From NCBI GenBank assembly GCA_049322215.1, contig JBMORU010000001.1, positions 516,023 to 580,022 of the forward strand: DNA of 64,000 nt, given 5' to 3'. Position 1 is the stretch's first letter; every line of letters starts with the position of its first letter. A program made the position numbers and the translations under genes. This document shows, one piece after another, positions 27,362 to 37,930 of this stretch. Origin of the DNA: Patescibacteria group bacterium (GTDB lineage Bacteria; Patescibacteriota; WWE3; UBA101185; UBA10185). The notes below the pieces were generated by a model. It did no database searches, was not told the origin of the DNA, and saw nothing but the letters and a program-made list of their open reading frames with translations.

Positions 27362-28918
27362 ATGGATACTACTGTGGTTACTGTTAAGAAAAATACTTTA
27401 CTCGACGCTATTACGCCCCAATATTTGGAGTTGACTCTAAAAGAATTGGGTGAGGAAGATGTGAAAAAAGTAATAAGAGGTAGATTTGTAAATTTAGGAT
27501 ACACTCAATACGGTTATGATGTTTCTAGTTTATCTTACTCTGAAAAAGTCTCACTAATATCTGTATTATTAGGTTTGAGCAAAGCCAAGTACGGTGGTGA
27601 AATTGCAAGTGTTAAGCTTCAAGATTTAATTATTGCTGTTAGAGACCGTTTAGGTGCAGATAATGACTATATTTCGTTGTTACAGGATTTACCAGCAGGT
27701 ATTTTTGAAGAACAGAAAATAAAAGTTTTATCAAGAGAAGCATTAGAAGAAACAGCACTTAAGATATTAAAAGAATTAAGAGAAACTAAGGAGTCATTGA
27801 GTAATAGTGTGCGCGAAAGCACTGTTGAACTTGCAACCAAAAAAGACACGTTAGAGGCTATTTTATACAATACAAGTGATGGAGTATTTGCTTTAGATAC
27901 AAATAACAAAATAATTACCTTTAATAAAGCAATGGAAGAAATGACGGGTTATGAAGCAGGCGAGGTAATAGGCGCTTCTGTTGATAATATTGTTCGTCTC
28001 TTTGAAGATGAAACACCAGTTACAAGTGATGTGTTTAGTCCCAAGCTCAATCGTGTAGTTGAACGAAATGTTTACGTTAACAATAGACTTACTTTGATAT
28101 CAAAAAGTGGCGTTAAGAAGTTTGTTAGACTAGTTAGTTCTGTTACAGGTGAAGCAACTTCTGTAGATTTAGGCTGCATTATAACTTTAACCGACATTAC
28201 CAAAGAACTAGAACTTGAAACAATGAAAATGGATTTTGTTTCTATTGCTGCGCATGAGTTACGCACCCCGCTTACTTCGATGCGTGGATTTTTGGCTTTA
28301 TTAAACGATGGCTTAAATGATGGTTCTATAAACGAAGAGTATTTACAGTATTTACAAAAAATTATTGTAGGGGCAGACAAGTTATATTCTCTAGTAGAAA
28401 ACTTACTTAATATTTCTAGGATAGAGCGTGGTACCTTGAAAATAGCGCGCATAGAAACAGAATGGTTACCAATTGTAGATGGTACTATTCATTTGTTTGA
28501 TGAAGCCGCTCAAAATGCAGGTGTCGATTTGTCTTTCGTAAGACCAAATAAGCAGTTGTCGAAGGTTTTAGTGGACACTACTCTTATTTCAGAAGTTGTA
28601 TCAAACTTGGTAGATAATTCTATTAAAAATACCCCAACAGGGGGACGCGTTTCAGTTTTAGTTGATGAAATAGGTGACGAAATAGTAACCTATGTTAAGG
28701 ATACAGGTATAGGAATACCCCCGGAAGCAATTCCTCATCTTTTTAAGAAATTTTACAGAGTTTCAAATGACCTTCATGAAGGCAGTAAAGGTACTGGGTT
28801 AGGTTTATTTATTTCTAAAGAAATTGTTACTATGCATGGGGGCAAAATTAAGGTAGAAAGCGAGTTAAACAAAGGTAGCACTTTTAGTTTTACATTACCT
28901 ATTAAAAAGTCTGCATAA
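27362..28918 (+). CDS. cytoplasmic PAS-domain sensor histidine kinase
   Basis: It has no TM, a PAS ([13 protein letters not shown]...), HisKA ([16 protein letters not shown]) and HATPase_c (N box, G1/G2 GTGLGL). Confidence 0.85.
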   Translation: MDTTVVTVKKNTLLDAITPQYLELTLKELGEEDVKKVIRGRFVNLGYTQYGYDVSSLSYSEKVSLISVLLGLSKAKYGGEIASVKLQDLIIAVRDRLGADNDYISLLQDLPAGIFEEQKIKVLSREALEETALKILKELRETKESLSNSVRESTVELATKKDTLEAILYNTSDGVFALDTNNKIITFNKAMEEMTGYEAGEVIGASVDNIVRLFEDETPVTSDVFSPKLNRVVERNVYVNNRLTLISKSGVKKFVRLVSSVTGEATSVDLGCIITLTDITKELELETMKMDFVSIAAHELRTPLTSMRGFLALLNDGLNDGSINEEYLQYLQKIIVGADKLYSLVENLLNISRIERGTLKIARIETEWLPIVDGTIHLFDEAAQNAGVDLSFVRPNKQLSKVLVDTTLISEVVSNLVDNSIKNTPTGGRVSVLVDEIGDEIVTYVKDTGIGIPPEAIPHLFKKFYRVSNDLHEGSKGTGLGLFISKEIVTMHGGKIKVESELNKGSTFSFTLPIKKSA

Positions 28919-28940
28919 TTTGATATTATAATGTAAGTAT

Positions 28941-29366
28941 ATGGCAGAACAGAAAAAAATATTTTTAATTGAAGATGAAGTTTTTATAAGAGACCTTTAT
29001 AAAAAGATTCTTACCGATGCAGGGTACGCTGTAAAAACAGCAAATGATGGTGAAGAGGCTCTTGAGGTATTAAAGACTGATGAAGTTTTTGATCTTATTT
29101 TGTTGGATATTATGCTACCCAAGTTAACTGGCTTAGAAGTTTTGCGCGCTTTACGAGAAGGAGAGGCTAGTGTTGGTAACACACCAATTTATTTGCTAAC
29201 TAATTTAGGTGAAGACAATATTATAAACGAAGCTTATAGATTAGGTGCCGACGGATACTTGTTAAAGGCAAAATATTTACCTCGTCAATTAGTCGAAGAA
29301 ATTGATAAGTTTTTTGTTAAATCTACTGGGGCAGGTATTGTAGATTTAAGTGCTTCTTCTGAGTAA
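28941..29366 (+). CDS. single-domain response regulator (receiver only, CheY-like)
   Basis: It is 141 aa with acidic pocket DE, the phospho-acceptor D in ILLDIMLP, a conserved T and K. No output domain. Confidence 0.8.
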   Translation: MAEQKKIFLIEDEVFIRDLYKKILTDAGYAVKTANDGEEALEVLKTDEVFDLILLDIMLPKLTGLEVLRALREGEASVGNTPIYLLTNLGEDNIINEAYRLGADGYLLKAKYLPRQLVEEIDKFFVKSTGAGIVDLSASSE

Positions 29367-29394
29367 TTCTATTTTTAATAGAAAGAAGCCTATT

Positions 29395-29404
29395 GTTTGC
29401 AAAC
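29395..29404. promoter_or_regulatory. 10-bp perfect palindrome GTTTGCAAAC about 65 nt upstream of recA
   Basis: It is read directly. It overlaps a TTGCAA -35-like hexamer and is a possible operator. Confidence 0.3.
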
Positions 29405-29470
29405 TTTTTCTTGCTATATATTTGTAATACACTTAACTGCTCCTTGTACGTAATAAATTTTGGAGGATAA

Positions 29471-30535
29471 ATGGCAGCCAAAAACTCAAATACACCGCCC
29501 GACAAAAATAAGAAATTAGCATTAGAATCTGCTTTAAGCCAAATTGAAAAATCGTTTGGTAAGGGATCTATTATGCGTTTGGGAGATGATGCTTCTAACA
29601 AAGATATTTTAGTGATTCCTACAGGTTCTATTGCTTTAGATGTAGCATTAGGTGTTGGTGGTGTACCCAGAGGCAGAATTACAGAAATTTACGGTCCAGA
29701 ATCTTCAGGTAAAACAACAGTAATTCAACACATTATGGCTGAAGCCCAACGTATGGGAGGTACTGCAGCCCTTATAGACGCAGAGCACGCCTTTGACCCT
29801 TTGTATGCAGCAAAAACAGGTGTAAATGTTGACGAATTACTTGTTTCTCAACCCGATACAGGTGAGCAGGCTTTAGATATTGCCGAAACTTTAATAAGGT
29901 CCAATGCTGTAGATGTAGTTGCAATAGACTCTGTCGCAGCGCTTGTTCCTAGAGCAGAAATAGAGGGCGACATTGGTGATAGTTTTATTGCGCTGCAAGC
30001 ACGCTTAATGAGTCAGGCTTTAAGAAGAATTACAGGTGCAGTAAGCAGATCTAACTGTGCCGTTATATTTACTAACCAGCTTAGAATGAAAGTTGGAGTA
30101 ATGTTTGGGAATCCTGAAACAACCCCAGGTGGTCGTGCTTTAAAGTTTTATTCCTCTGTGCGAATGGAAATAAGAAAAATACAGTCACTTAAAAGCGGTG
30201 AAGAGGTAAAGGGAATTAAAGTACGCGTTCGTGTTGTGAAAAATAAAGTAGCTCCTCCCTTTAGAAATGCTGAATTCGATATAATGTTTAACGAAGGTAT
30301 TAGCAAAGAAGGTAATTTGTTAGATGTTGGTGTAGAACTCGATATTATAAAGAAAAGCGGCTCCTGGTATGAGTTTAATGGTGAAAAGTTAGGCCAAGGA
30401 CGTGATGTTGCTAAGCAATCAATAAAAGACAACCCCAAAATTTTTGAAGCAGTAACTAAGCAGGTTCAAGATAAGCTCAAGGATAATCATGCAGTTCCTC
30501 TAGAGATAGGTTCTGATGCAGATAACGAAGATTAA
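29471..30535 (+). CDS. recA: recombinase RecA
   Basis: It has Walker [10 protein letters not shown] and L1/L2 loops and is 354 aa. Confidence 0.95.
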   Translation: MAAKNSNTPPDKNKKLALESALSQIEKSFGKGSIMRLGDDASNKDILVIPTGSIALDVALGVGGVPRGRITEIYGPESSGKTTVIQHIMAEAQRMGGTAALIDAEHAFDPLYAAKTGVNVDELLVSQPDTGEQALDIAETLIRSNAVDVVAIDSVAALVPRAEIEGDIGDSFIALQARLMSQALRRITGAVSRSNCAVIFTNQLRMKVGVMFGNPETTPGGRALKFYSSVRMEIRKIQSLKSGEEVKGIKVRVRVVKNKVAPPFRNAEFDIMFNEGISKEGNLLDVGVELDIIKKSGSWYEFNGEKLGQGRDVAKQSIKDNPKIFEAVTKQVQDKLKDNHAVPLEIGSDADNED

Positions 30536-31160
30536 CAAGCAGAAAAGTCGCAATAGATACAATGTTTTTGTTGACGGCAGCTATTCCTTTTCTGTGTCAG
30601 AGGATACTTTTTCTAAATATTCCTTAAGTAAAGGTTTAGACCTTACTTCTACCTTGTATGCAGAAGTTATTCAGGAGGAATACTATCAAAAACTTAAATT
30701 TAAACTGTTAAATTACTTGTCCAGTAAACCCCGTACAGAAAAAGAAGTGCGAGATAAAGCTATTCATTACTTGTATAAAATGGTGGCTCCTCAAGATAGC
30801 TACGAATCTTTACTTGTACGTGCTTTTCATTTTTTGAATGATCTACATCTTCTTGACGATGAATATTACACTAAAAGGTTTATAGAAGAACATCTAAATT
30901 CTAAAAAATTTCTTAGTAAAAAAGCAATTACTAATAAGCTTTATAAAAGAGGAATTGCTAGGGGTTTGGTGGAAAAGCATATTTCTGTGTATAATGCTGA
31001 CGTTGAGCAAAATAATGCTAATTTATTAGTTAGAAAAAAGCTTAAGAGTATAAAAGACACTGACGTTATGGTGCAAAAACAAAAAATTTGGAGATATATG
31101 TCAGCAAAGGGATACGATTACGATACTATCAACAAGGCAATCAATACAGAGATCAAGTAA
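30516..31160 (+). CDS. recX: RecX-like regulatory protein
   Basis: It lies immediately downstream of and overlapping recA. The N-terminus [30 protein letters not shown] resembles RecX. Confidence 0.55.
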   Translation: MQITKINKQKSRNRYNVFVDGSYSFSVSEDTFSKYSLSKGLDLTSTLYAEVIQEEYYQKLKFKLLNYLSSKPRTEKEVRDKAIHYLYKMVAPQDSYESLLVRAFHFLNDLHLLDDEYYTKRFIEEHLNSKKFLSKKAITNKLYKRGIARGLVEKHISVYNADVEQNNANLLVRKKLKSIKDTDVMVQKQKIWRYMSAKGYDYDTINKAINTEIK

Positions 31161-31311
31161 AAAAATGGATTGACAGAGAAACTTTGTATGAAACCAAGTA
31201 ATAGTAAAAGAAAACTAGAATAACCTTTATTTAATCAGGCCTTTGGTCCTGGTGTCTTTGTCTCTTGTTTTAAGTGCTCAACTTTAATCTGAATTAGTTA
31301 TAAGGAGTTAT

Positions 31312-32847
31312 ATGGAACAGATATTAATAACAATAATTACTGTTTTTATGTCTGCTGTTGTTGCAGGCATAGCGATGTATTTAGTAAGTCTAAAAAGAGG
31401 TGATAAATCAGTATCTACAAGAGATTCTATTGCTGATGATAATCCTGAAGTAGTTGATGCAAAGACCAAAGCTAAAGAAATAGTTTTGGAGGCAAAAGAT
31501 TCAGCTCTGCAAATTAAGGCGGAAGCTGAAGAAGATATAAGAAAAAGTCAAAGAGATGTTGTAGAGCTTGAAAAAAAGTTGGAGTCTCGTTTATCGAAAA
31601 TAGAAGATAGAGAACGTGAAATAGATAAGAAAGCAAAAGCTTTAAGGCAAATGAAAGATAAGATTGAATCCAGGGAAGCAAATATAGATAAACTTTACAA
31701 AGAACAGCAAAATAAACTTGAAAAAATTGCTTCTCTTACAAAAAAAGAAGCTAGAGAGCAGCTTTTGATATCATTTGATAACGAACTAACGCAAGAAAAG
31801 GGTCGAAGAATACGTGAAATGGAAGACGAAATTAAGCGGGATATTGATGAAAAAGCTCGTCAAATGATAGTTGATGCTATGCGGTATGGTGCAACCGATA
31901 TTGTAGTCGAATATACTGTGTCTAAAGTAAAGCTTCCTGATGAAGATGTAAAAGGCCGTATAATAGGTAAGGAAGGTCGTAACATAAGAACTTTTGAAGA
32001 ACTTACAGGAGTTGAACTTGAGCTTGATTCTTCACCTGGTGAAGTCATTGTATCTTCCTTTGATCCTGTACGTCGTGAAATTGCAAGATTATCCTTAGAA
32101 AAGCTAATTGCAGATGGACGCATTCAGCCAAGCAGAATTGAGGAAATAGTAAACAAAACTACATCTGAGGTTGAAAGCATAATGTTTAAAGCGGGGGATA
32201 ATTTGTGCCACAGAGTTGGTGTGTATAAATTGCCTAAGGATTTGGTTCAAATGTTAGGGCGCTTTAAATATAGGTTCTCATATGGCCAAAACATGTTAGA
32301 GCATACGCTAGAAGAAACAAGAATTGGTATTGCTCTGGCTAAAGAGCTTGGCGCGGATGCAAATGTAGTTAGAATGGGCTGTTTGTTACATGATATTGGT
32401 AAAATAGTCACCGACGAAGAGGGTTCCCATGTAGACTTGGGTGTTGATTTGCTTAGAAAATACAAGTTACCTAAAAAGGTAATAGACTGTGTTGCAGAAC
32501 ATCATGAAGATCGTCCTTTTAGTTCATTAGAATCAGCTATTGTAGCTTTAGTGGATCATATTAGTGGTGCCCGCCCGGGCGCGCGTGCGGAAGACTACGA
32601 ATCCTATGTAAAGCGTATGAAAGACCTTGAGAGTGCTGCTAAATCTTTTGATGGCGTAGATAAGGCCTATGCAATATCGGCTGGAAGAGAAGTACGTGTT
32701 TTCGTAAAACCAGAAGTTGTAGATGATGCATCTACAGCATTATTAGCTCGAGAAATTGCAAGAAAAATAGAGTTAGAACAAACATATCCGGGAACGGTTA
32801 AAGTAATAGCGATACGTGAAACTAGAGTGGCTGAAACAGCCAAATAG
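31312..32847 (+). CDS. rny: ribonuclease Y
   Basis: It has an N-terminal TM, a coiled coil, KH (GRIIGKEGRNIRTFEELTGVEL) and HD (LLHDIGK) domains. Confidence 0.9.
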   Translation: MEQILITIITVFMSAVVAGIAMYLVSLKRGDKSVSTRDSIADDNPEVVDAKTKAKEIVLEAKDSALQIKAEAEEDIRKSQRDVVELEKKLESRLSKIEDREREIDKKAKALRQMKDKIESREANIDKLYKEQQNKLEKIASLTKKEAREQLLISFDNELTQEKGRRIREMEDEIKRDIDEKARQMIVDAMRYGATDIVVEYTVSKVKLPDEDVKGRIIGKEGRNIRTFEELTGVELELDSSPGEVIVSSFDPVRREIARLSLEKLIADGRIQPSRIEEIVNKTTSEVESIMFKAGDNLCHRVGVYKLPKDLVQMLGRFKYRFSYGQNMLEHTLEETRIGIALAKELGADANVVRMGCLLHDIGKIVTDEEGSHVDLGVDLLRKYKLPKKVIDCVAEHHEDRPFSSLESAIVALVDHISGARPGARAEDYESYVKRMKDLESAAKSFDGVDKAYAISAGREVRVFVKPEVVDDASTALLAREIARKIELEQTYPGTVKVIAIRETRVAETAK

Positions 32848-32863
32848 GTTACAATAATAATAT

Positions 32864-33076
32864 ATGTTTTATCTATTTGCTGCGCTGTTTTTTATACTTT
32901 TGTTCTATATAGTATCTAAAATACTAAGTTCTATTTTGAAGGGATGTTTAGTTGTGGTACTCTTGCTTGTGGTTACAGTCATAACTGCTATACTATTAAA
33001 ATCTACTAAAGAACCTGTGCGTATATTAAATGTTATGACTATAGATAATTTTAAAGTTATAAGAAACGAGAATTAA
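32864..33076 (+). CDS. hypothetical small 2-TM membrane protein
   Basis: It is a 70-aa hydrophobic ORF between rny and ymdB. Its stop overlaps the ymdB start (TAATG). Confidence 0.3.
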   Translation: MFYLFAALFFILLFYIVSKILSSILKGCLVVVLLLVVTVITAILLKSTKEPVRILNVMTIDNFKVIRNEN

Positions 33077-33858
33077 TGAAGTTATTGTTTATAGGGGATA
33101 TTGTAGCAAAACCAGGACGCCAAGTGGTGTCTGCGGTATTGCCAGATATCTTGGCTAGTGATAATATCGACTTGGTTATAGCGAATGCCGAAAACCTAGC
33201 GCATGGACGTGGTGCTACTGAAGAATTAATTATTGAGCTTAAAAATATTGGAATAGATTATTTCACAGGTGGTGATCACATATTTTGGCAAAGAGATTTT
33301 GAAACCGTTATAGATAAACTGCCTGTATTACGCCCCGCAAATTACCCAGATCCGGTTCCGGGAAAAGGGTATAACGTAATTGATTTAGACAATGGAGAAA
33401 AAGTATTGCTAATAAACGTTATGGGCAGAACATCATTTTCGTCAACTAATAGCTATTTAAATGATCCTTTTAGGACAGTAGATACTATTTTAGAAGAAAC
33501 AGCTCCCTTAGATGTGGTCTATAAAATTGTAGACTTTCATGCAGAAGCAACAAGTGAAAAACAAGCTTTAGCTTTTTACCTAGACGGTAGAGTAACAGCA
33601 GTATTTGGTACCCACACACATGTTCCAACATGTGATCAGAGAGTACTTCCAAAAGGAACTTTAGCAGTAACTGACGTAGGTATGTCAGGAAGCATTGATT
33701 CTGTGATTGGCGTTAAAAAAGACATTATTATTGATTTATGTTTATCTGCTCGAAATCAACGTTTTGAGTGGGAAACTTCGGGAGCATTAGCTTTTAGAAG
33801 TGTTTTAATAGATACTGACGGTTTGAGTATTAAAAGAATTGATAAAGAAATTAATTAA
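33076..33858 (+). CDS. ymdB: YmdB-family metallophosphoesterase (2',3'-cyclic-nucleotide phosphodiesterase)
   Basis: It begins MKLLFIGDIVAKPGR and has GDH/GTHTH metal ligands. It follows rny as in Firmicutes. Confidence 0.8.
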   Translation: MKLLFIGDIVAKPGRQVVSAVLPDILASDNIDLVIANAENLAHGRGATEELIIELKNIGIDYFTGGDHIFWQRDFETVIDKLPVLRPANYPDPVPGKGYNVIDLDNGEKVLLINVMGRTSFSSTNSYLNDPFRTVDTILEETAPLDVVYKIVDFHAEATSEKQALAFYLDGRVTAVFGTHTHVPTCDQRVLPKGTLAVTDVGMSGSIDSVIGVKKDIIIDLCLSARNQRFEWETSGALAFRSVLIDTDGLSIKRIDKEIN

Positions 33859-33886
33859 GAAACCTTGAAAGGGGGTGCATTAGTAC

Positions 33887-34162
33887 ATGACTAAGCAAGA
33901 TCTAATAAATGCCGTTGCTGATAAGGCCGGCTTAACAAAAGTTGATTCTGGTAAAGCACTAGATGCTTTAGTAGAAGTAATTTCTTCTGCATTAGCAAGA
34001 GGAGAAAAAGTAACTTGGACCGGTTTTGGTACCTTTGAAGTTAGAACAAGAGCCGCAAGAATGGGTAGAAACCCACAAACTGGTGCTCCTCTTCATATAC
34101 CCGCTGGAAAGAGACCTGCTTTCAAAGCTGGTAAAGGTCTAAGAGATGCTGTAGAAGCATAA
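33887..34162 (+). CDS. hup: DNA-binding protein HU
   Basis: It is 91 aa with the HU arm ([23 protein letters not shown]). Confidence 0.9.
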   Translation: MTKQDLINAVADKAGLTKVDSGKALDALVEVISSALARGEKVTWTGFGTFEVRTRAARMGRNPQTGAPLHIPAGKRPAFKAGKGLRDAVEA

Positions 34163-34183
34163 ATTTCTTTGACTAACAAAAAA

Positions 34184-34209
34184 GGGCTGGTTAAAACCAG
34201 CCCTTTTTT
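34184..34209. terminator. Bidirectional intrinsic terminator (gggctggt-taaa-accagccc, flanked by A5 and T6)
   Basis: A perfect 8-bp GC-rich stem lies between convergent hup (+) and the histidine kinase (-). Confidence 0.8.
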
Positions 34210-34252
34210 ATACTTATCCCCGGGGGTTAAAAAGACATTTTCACAATTCTTT

Positions 34253-35419
34253 TCAATTAGTCACTTTTTTTGTAGGTATAGTAAACCAAAAGGTGCTTCC
34301 TTTACCTTTACCTTCGGAAAACACACCAACACGTCCACCCATGGTTTCTACTATCAATTTAACTATATAAAGCCCAAGTCCTGTCCCGCCTGTTTCAGCT
34401 ACTGTTTGATAAGAGTTATCCAGTCTACCAAATTTATGGAATAGTCTTTTTATTTCGTCTGGAGTTAATCCACTTCCGGTATCTATTACAGAAACCTTAA
34501 TAAATTGATCTTCAGTTTTTTCTGCTTTTACTGTAATTCCTCCTTCAGTAGTAAATTTCAGTGAATTACCTACAAGATTTATTAATACCTCTGTTAATTT
34601 ATTTCTGTCGGAGTATCCAATGTTTACATTTTCATCAATTTCTATATTAAAAAATAATTTCTTTTCTTCTGTTTTGATTCTGAAGTCACTTAAGGCATCG
34701 TTAATTGCCTCAGGTATATTTGTAGCATCTACTTCAATCTCCATACGCCCCTGCTCAATTTTAGATATATTTAACATATCGTTTATTAAGTTCAGCATTC
34801 TTTCTGTACCTCTGGCTGCTTTTTCTATGTATCCTTCTTGTTTTTCTGTTAAAGGCCCTCCTTTTCCTGAGGAAAGCATCCAAAGATAGCTTTTAATTAT
34901 AGACATTGGAGTTCTTAACTCGTGCGATGTTATTGATATAAAATCATCTTTTGTGCGTTCAAGTTCTTTTTCTTTGGTTATGTCAACCATGGTGACTAAA
35001 CATTCTTCATCTTCTACCCCTTCTGTAATTAGTGATGTTTTAACATTTACATAAAATGATTTACCATTAGGATTTTCTAGTACAACACCATCAAGGCTTC
35101 TTTTTTCAAAGTTGTTATTAAAGCAGTACTCCTCAGGTTTTATATAGTTACCATTTTCATATTTCAGTTTTATTATGTCCTGAGCTTTTTTTGTTAAAGC
35201 GTCTGTAACGGCAACGCCAAGCATTTCTTCTATAGTGTGGTTGAATAAAGTTATATTGTAATTTTTGTCTACTGCAAACACTGCTTCGGAAATACCATAC
35301 AGTAATTGTTCTGCCCTTCTTCTTTGGGTAAGAAGTTCCAGATTTTTTTTGTAAATTTCCTCTGTAAGAGTTTGTAAATTATCATTTACAGGAGAAAGTA
35401 TAGTTTCTTTTGCACTCAT
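34253..35419 (-). CDS. cytoplasmic PAS-domain sensor histidine kinase
   Basis: It has no TM, a PAS, HisKA (FISITSHELRTPMSII) and HATPase_c (GTGLGL). Confidence 0.85.
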   Translation of the reverse strand: MSAKETILSPVNDNLQTLTEEIYKKNLELLTQRRRAEQLLYGISEAVFAVDKNYNITLFNHTIEEMLGVAVTDALTKKAQDIIKLKYENGNYIKPEEYCFNNNFEKRSLDGVVLENPNGKSFYVNVKTSLITEGVEDEECLVTMVDITKEKELERTKDDFISITSHELRTPMSIIKSYLWMLSSGKGGPLTEKQEGYIEKAARGTERMLNLINDMLNISKIEQGRMEIEVDATNIPEAINDALSDFRIKTEEKKLFFNIEIDENVNIGYSDRNKLTEVLINLVGNSLKFTTEGGITVKAEKTEDQFIKVSVIDTGSGLTPDEIKRLFHKFGRLDNSYQTVAETGGTGLGLYIVKLIVETMGGRVGVFSEGKGKGSTFWFTIPTKKVTN

Positions 35420-35730
35420 TTCTTAAGGGGTTGTATCTGAGGTTTTACGGTGTCAGGTAGGTATGGTTCTATTTCTTCGTAAGGGAATTTTCTCAGTACA
35501 CTTAAACAAACATCTACTGAAGCTTGGCCAAATATTTCTTCATAGGAAGTTAGTAGATTCTCAAGGGCTATTTTAGGTTCTTTTGTGACGTTTACTTCGT
35601 TGGAGTTTTCTTTTGGAAATTGTACGGCGCCTGAGCTAAGGGCGCGAGCGTGAGCCAATCGTTTTCCTATGATTTGGCTTTGTTCTTCTATTATTGTTTG
35701 TATTAGTTTATGTGCTTCCATTGTTACCAC
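35416..35730 (-). CDS. hypothetical protein co-transcribed with histidine kinase
   Basis: It is a 104-aa soluble protein. It overlaps the kinase start by 4 nt and the upstream membrane gene by 23 nt. Confidence 0.4.
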   Translation of the reverse strand: MVTMEAHKLIQTIIEEQSQIIGKRLAHARALSSGAVQFPKENSNEVNVTKEPKIALENLLTSYEEIFGQASVDVCLSVLRKFPYEEIEPYLPDTVKPQIQPLKK

Positions 35731-36505
35731 TACTGAACTCCTTAAACTTTATTATTCCCCATATGACACAAGAGATGGAAAGGAAAAATATAAAGTCTGC
35801 AAGTATGCCATTAGATACTAAATTCTCAAGTTCTGCTATGGAGTAAGCTATATCTCCTGAATACTGGAGCACTATTCCTAAAAAAATAGCATATATTGCT
35901 GTTCTTAGCTTTCCACCTAATTTACCAATACTTAAAAGTATGGTAAGTACAATCAATATCATAATAGCAGTACTACCAAATGTATATATCAAATCAAAAA
36001 TTACTGATGCATCTAATTCTTCAAATATAGCGGTTTCGCCAAAAAATATTTGATAGTTTAGATATATTGCGAATAGTGGGATTACAAAAAGTAAAAAATA
36101 TGAAGAAGGTTTTTTTAATTTATCAGTTACTCCAGAGTATTTCATAATGGAAAGCATACTTATTGCATAAAGTGGATCTATAAACACGAAGAAGTAATCA
36201 GGTAGTCCGGGAAAGGGAACATCTCCGGTTGTTTGTATGTAATATAGAAACGCGGTTTGACCAAGCACCCACATCAATAGACTTAGAGAAATAAACATAA
36301 TACTTTTACCCACGGCAGATCCCATACCACCCCATTCAGTTGAAGTTTTTATACCTAAGAGTAGCCCAGTCAAAGGTAGTATTGCTAGTAAATAGCCAAA
36401 AATATCAAAGTAAATTGATTCCGTAGGATTAACTATGGAAATAATTATCCAATATGCTATTGAAAATAGTATAAATATCTTTGTTAAAAGTATTAAAACC
36501 TTCAT
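35708..36505 (-). CDS. polytopic membrane protein (about 7 TM), putative sensor module
   Basis: It is 265 aa, hydrophobic throughout, and is the first gene of the three-gene minus-strand operon ending in the soluble kinase. Confidence 0.45.
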   Translation of the reverse strand: MKVLILLTKIFILFSIAYWIIISIVNPTESIYFDIFGYLLAILPLTGLLLGIKTSTEWGGMGSAVGKSIMFISLSLLMWVLGQTAFLYYIQTTGDVPFPGLPDYFFVFIDPLYAISMLSIMKYSGVTDKLKKPSSYFLLFVIPLFAIYLNYQIFFGETAIFEELDASVIFDLIYTFGSTAIMILIVLTILLSIGKLGGKLRTAIYAIFLGIVLQYSGDIAYSIAELENLVSNGILADFIFFLSISCVIWGIIKFKEFSSGNNGST

Positions 36506-36594
36506 AATCTTATACTAAAATGTTATAAGACTTTAACCCACACTGTCAACATCTATTTAGAGATGTTGTAACTGTATTGTATACTTCATGAACT

Positions 36595-37467
36595 ATGGAC
36601 TACTTAGCAATTGCAAAAAAATTTACAAATTTAGGTACTGCAAAATCAGTTATTCTTCCTATACCTTATGAAGCTACAGCAAGTTATTTATCGGGCTCCT
36701 CAAAAGGACCCAATTCTATTCTAGAGGCGTCTGCACATGTAGAATTATTTGATGAGCAATTAGGTTATAAACCTCATGTGCATGGTATACACACAGCACC
36801 CCCGTTCTCTTCTTACAGTGCTGACCATGAGATTAACTTAAATATGATTGGGGAATCTTATCTTAAGTATTTCAATATGGGGAAATTTGTGATTGCTCTT
36901 GGAGGTGAACACTCAGTTACTATAGGGATATTGAATGAGATAGCTAAGAAGCATAAGTTTTCTTTAATTCAGTTTGATGCGCATGCTGATCTGCGTAATT
37001 ATTATCAGGGGAGTTATTTTAGTCATGCGTGTGTTGCACGCCGTGCTCTTGATGTTGTTTCTTCCGTGTATCAGCTAGGAATACGTAGTATGAGTGAGCC
37101 AGAGTATAAGTTTCTAAAATCTTCTAAAGGTTCGGATAAAGTTAAGGTAACTTTTGCTCAAGATTTGCAAGAAATTGATACTACAGTTGTTTTGGAGGAA
37201 TTGGTGGATTTCACACTAGATGATGTTTATATAACTTTCGATGTGGATTATTTTTCCAACAATATTGTTTCATCTACAGGTACTCCTGAACCTGGGGGGA
37301 TTGATTGGTTTACAACTATGGAAATTCTGAATGGGATATTTAAAAATAAAAACGTTTTAGGTATAGATGTAGTTGAATTAATAGGGGATACAGATACATA
37401 CTCATCTTTTAATGTGGCATTGTTGATAAGGAAAATGTTAGGTTTTAAGTTTATGCCTAGGCAATAG
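36595..37467 (+). CDS. speB: agmatinase/ureohydrolase family protein
   Basis: It has arginase-fold Mn ligand motifs (GGEHSVT, DAHAD, FDVDYF). Confidence 0.6.
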   Translation: MDYLAIAKKFTNLGTAKSVILPIPYEATASYLSGSSKGPNSILEASAHVELFDEQLGYKPHVHGIHTAPPFSSYSADHEINLNMIGESYLKYFNMGKFVIALGGEHSVTIGILNEIAKKHKFSLIQFDAHADLRNYYQGSYFSHACVARRALDVVSSVYQLGIRSMSEPEYKFLKSSKGSDKVKVTFAQDLQEIDTTVVLEELVDFTLDDVYITFDVDYFSNNIVSSTGTPEPGGIDWFTTMEILNGIFKNKNVLGIDVVELIGDTDTYSSFNVALLIRKMLGFKFMPRQ

Positions 37468-37480
37468 ATGTTCTTAGGAT

Positions 37481-37882
37481 TTAATATATATTTTCTGCTG
37501 GGTACTTTAAGCCCCTATCCATCTTTATTACACTTACATCTTCTGGTTCAAATATTGCTCTTAAATATTCAACTATTCCTTCAGAAGGAAATTTTTTACA
37601 AGAATATAAGTCAATAGTTACAAAACCTCTTTTTTCGAATGTATGTATACTAATATGAGATTCATGTACCATTAGTATGCCACTGAATCCCCCAGGATCT
37701 TTTCCTCCTAGTGTTTCATTACCCTCTGCTTTAAGCACATAAGGTTCATGGAATTTTCTCATTTCTGCCATTTCAGCAAGCTTATTGAGGACATCAAAGC
37801 ATAACTCCATGTTACCCAGCCTATCGGGATTGCAGCCATATGCATCAAATATTAAATGTTCACCAAATTTAATTTCATTCAT
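37481..37882 (-). CDS. speH: S-adenosylmethionine decarboxylase proenzyme (class 1b, SpeH type)
   Basis: It is 133 aa with the self-processing site context ...MVHES|HISIHTFE.... Confidence 0.75.
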   Translation of the reverse strand: MNEIKFGEHLIFDAYGCNPDRLGNMELCFDVLNKLAEMAEMRKFHEPYVLKAEGNETLGGKDPGGFSGILMVHESHISIHTFEKRGFVTIDLYSCKKFPSEGIVEYLRAIFEPEDVSVIKMDRGLKYPAENIY

Positions 37883-37930
37883 AGTTGGTTAAGATTTTAA
37901 CATAAAAATCCAAATGCTATAATTTCTTCA

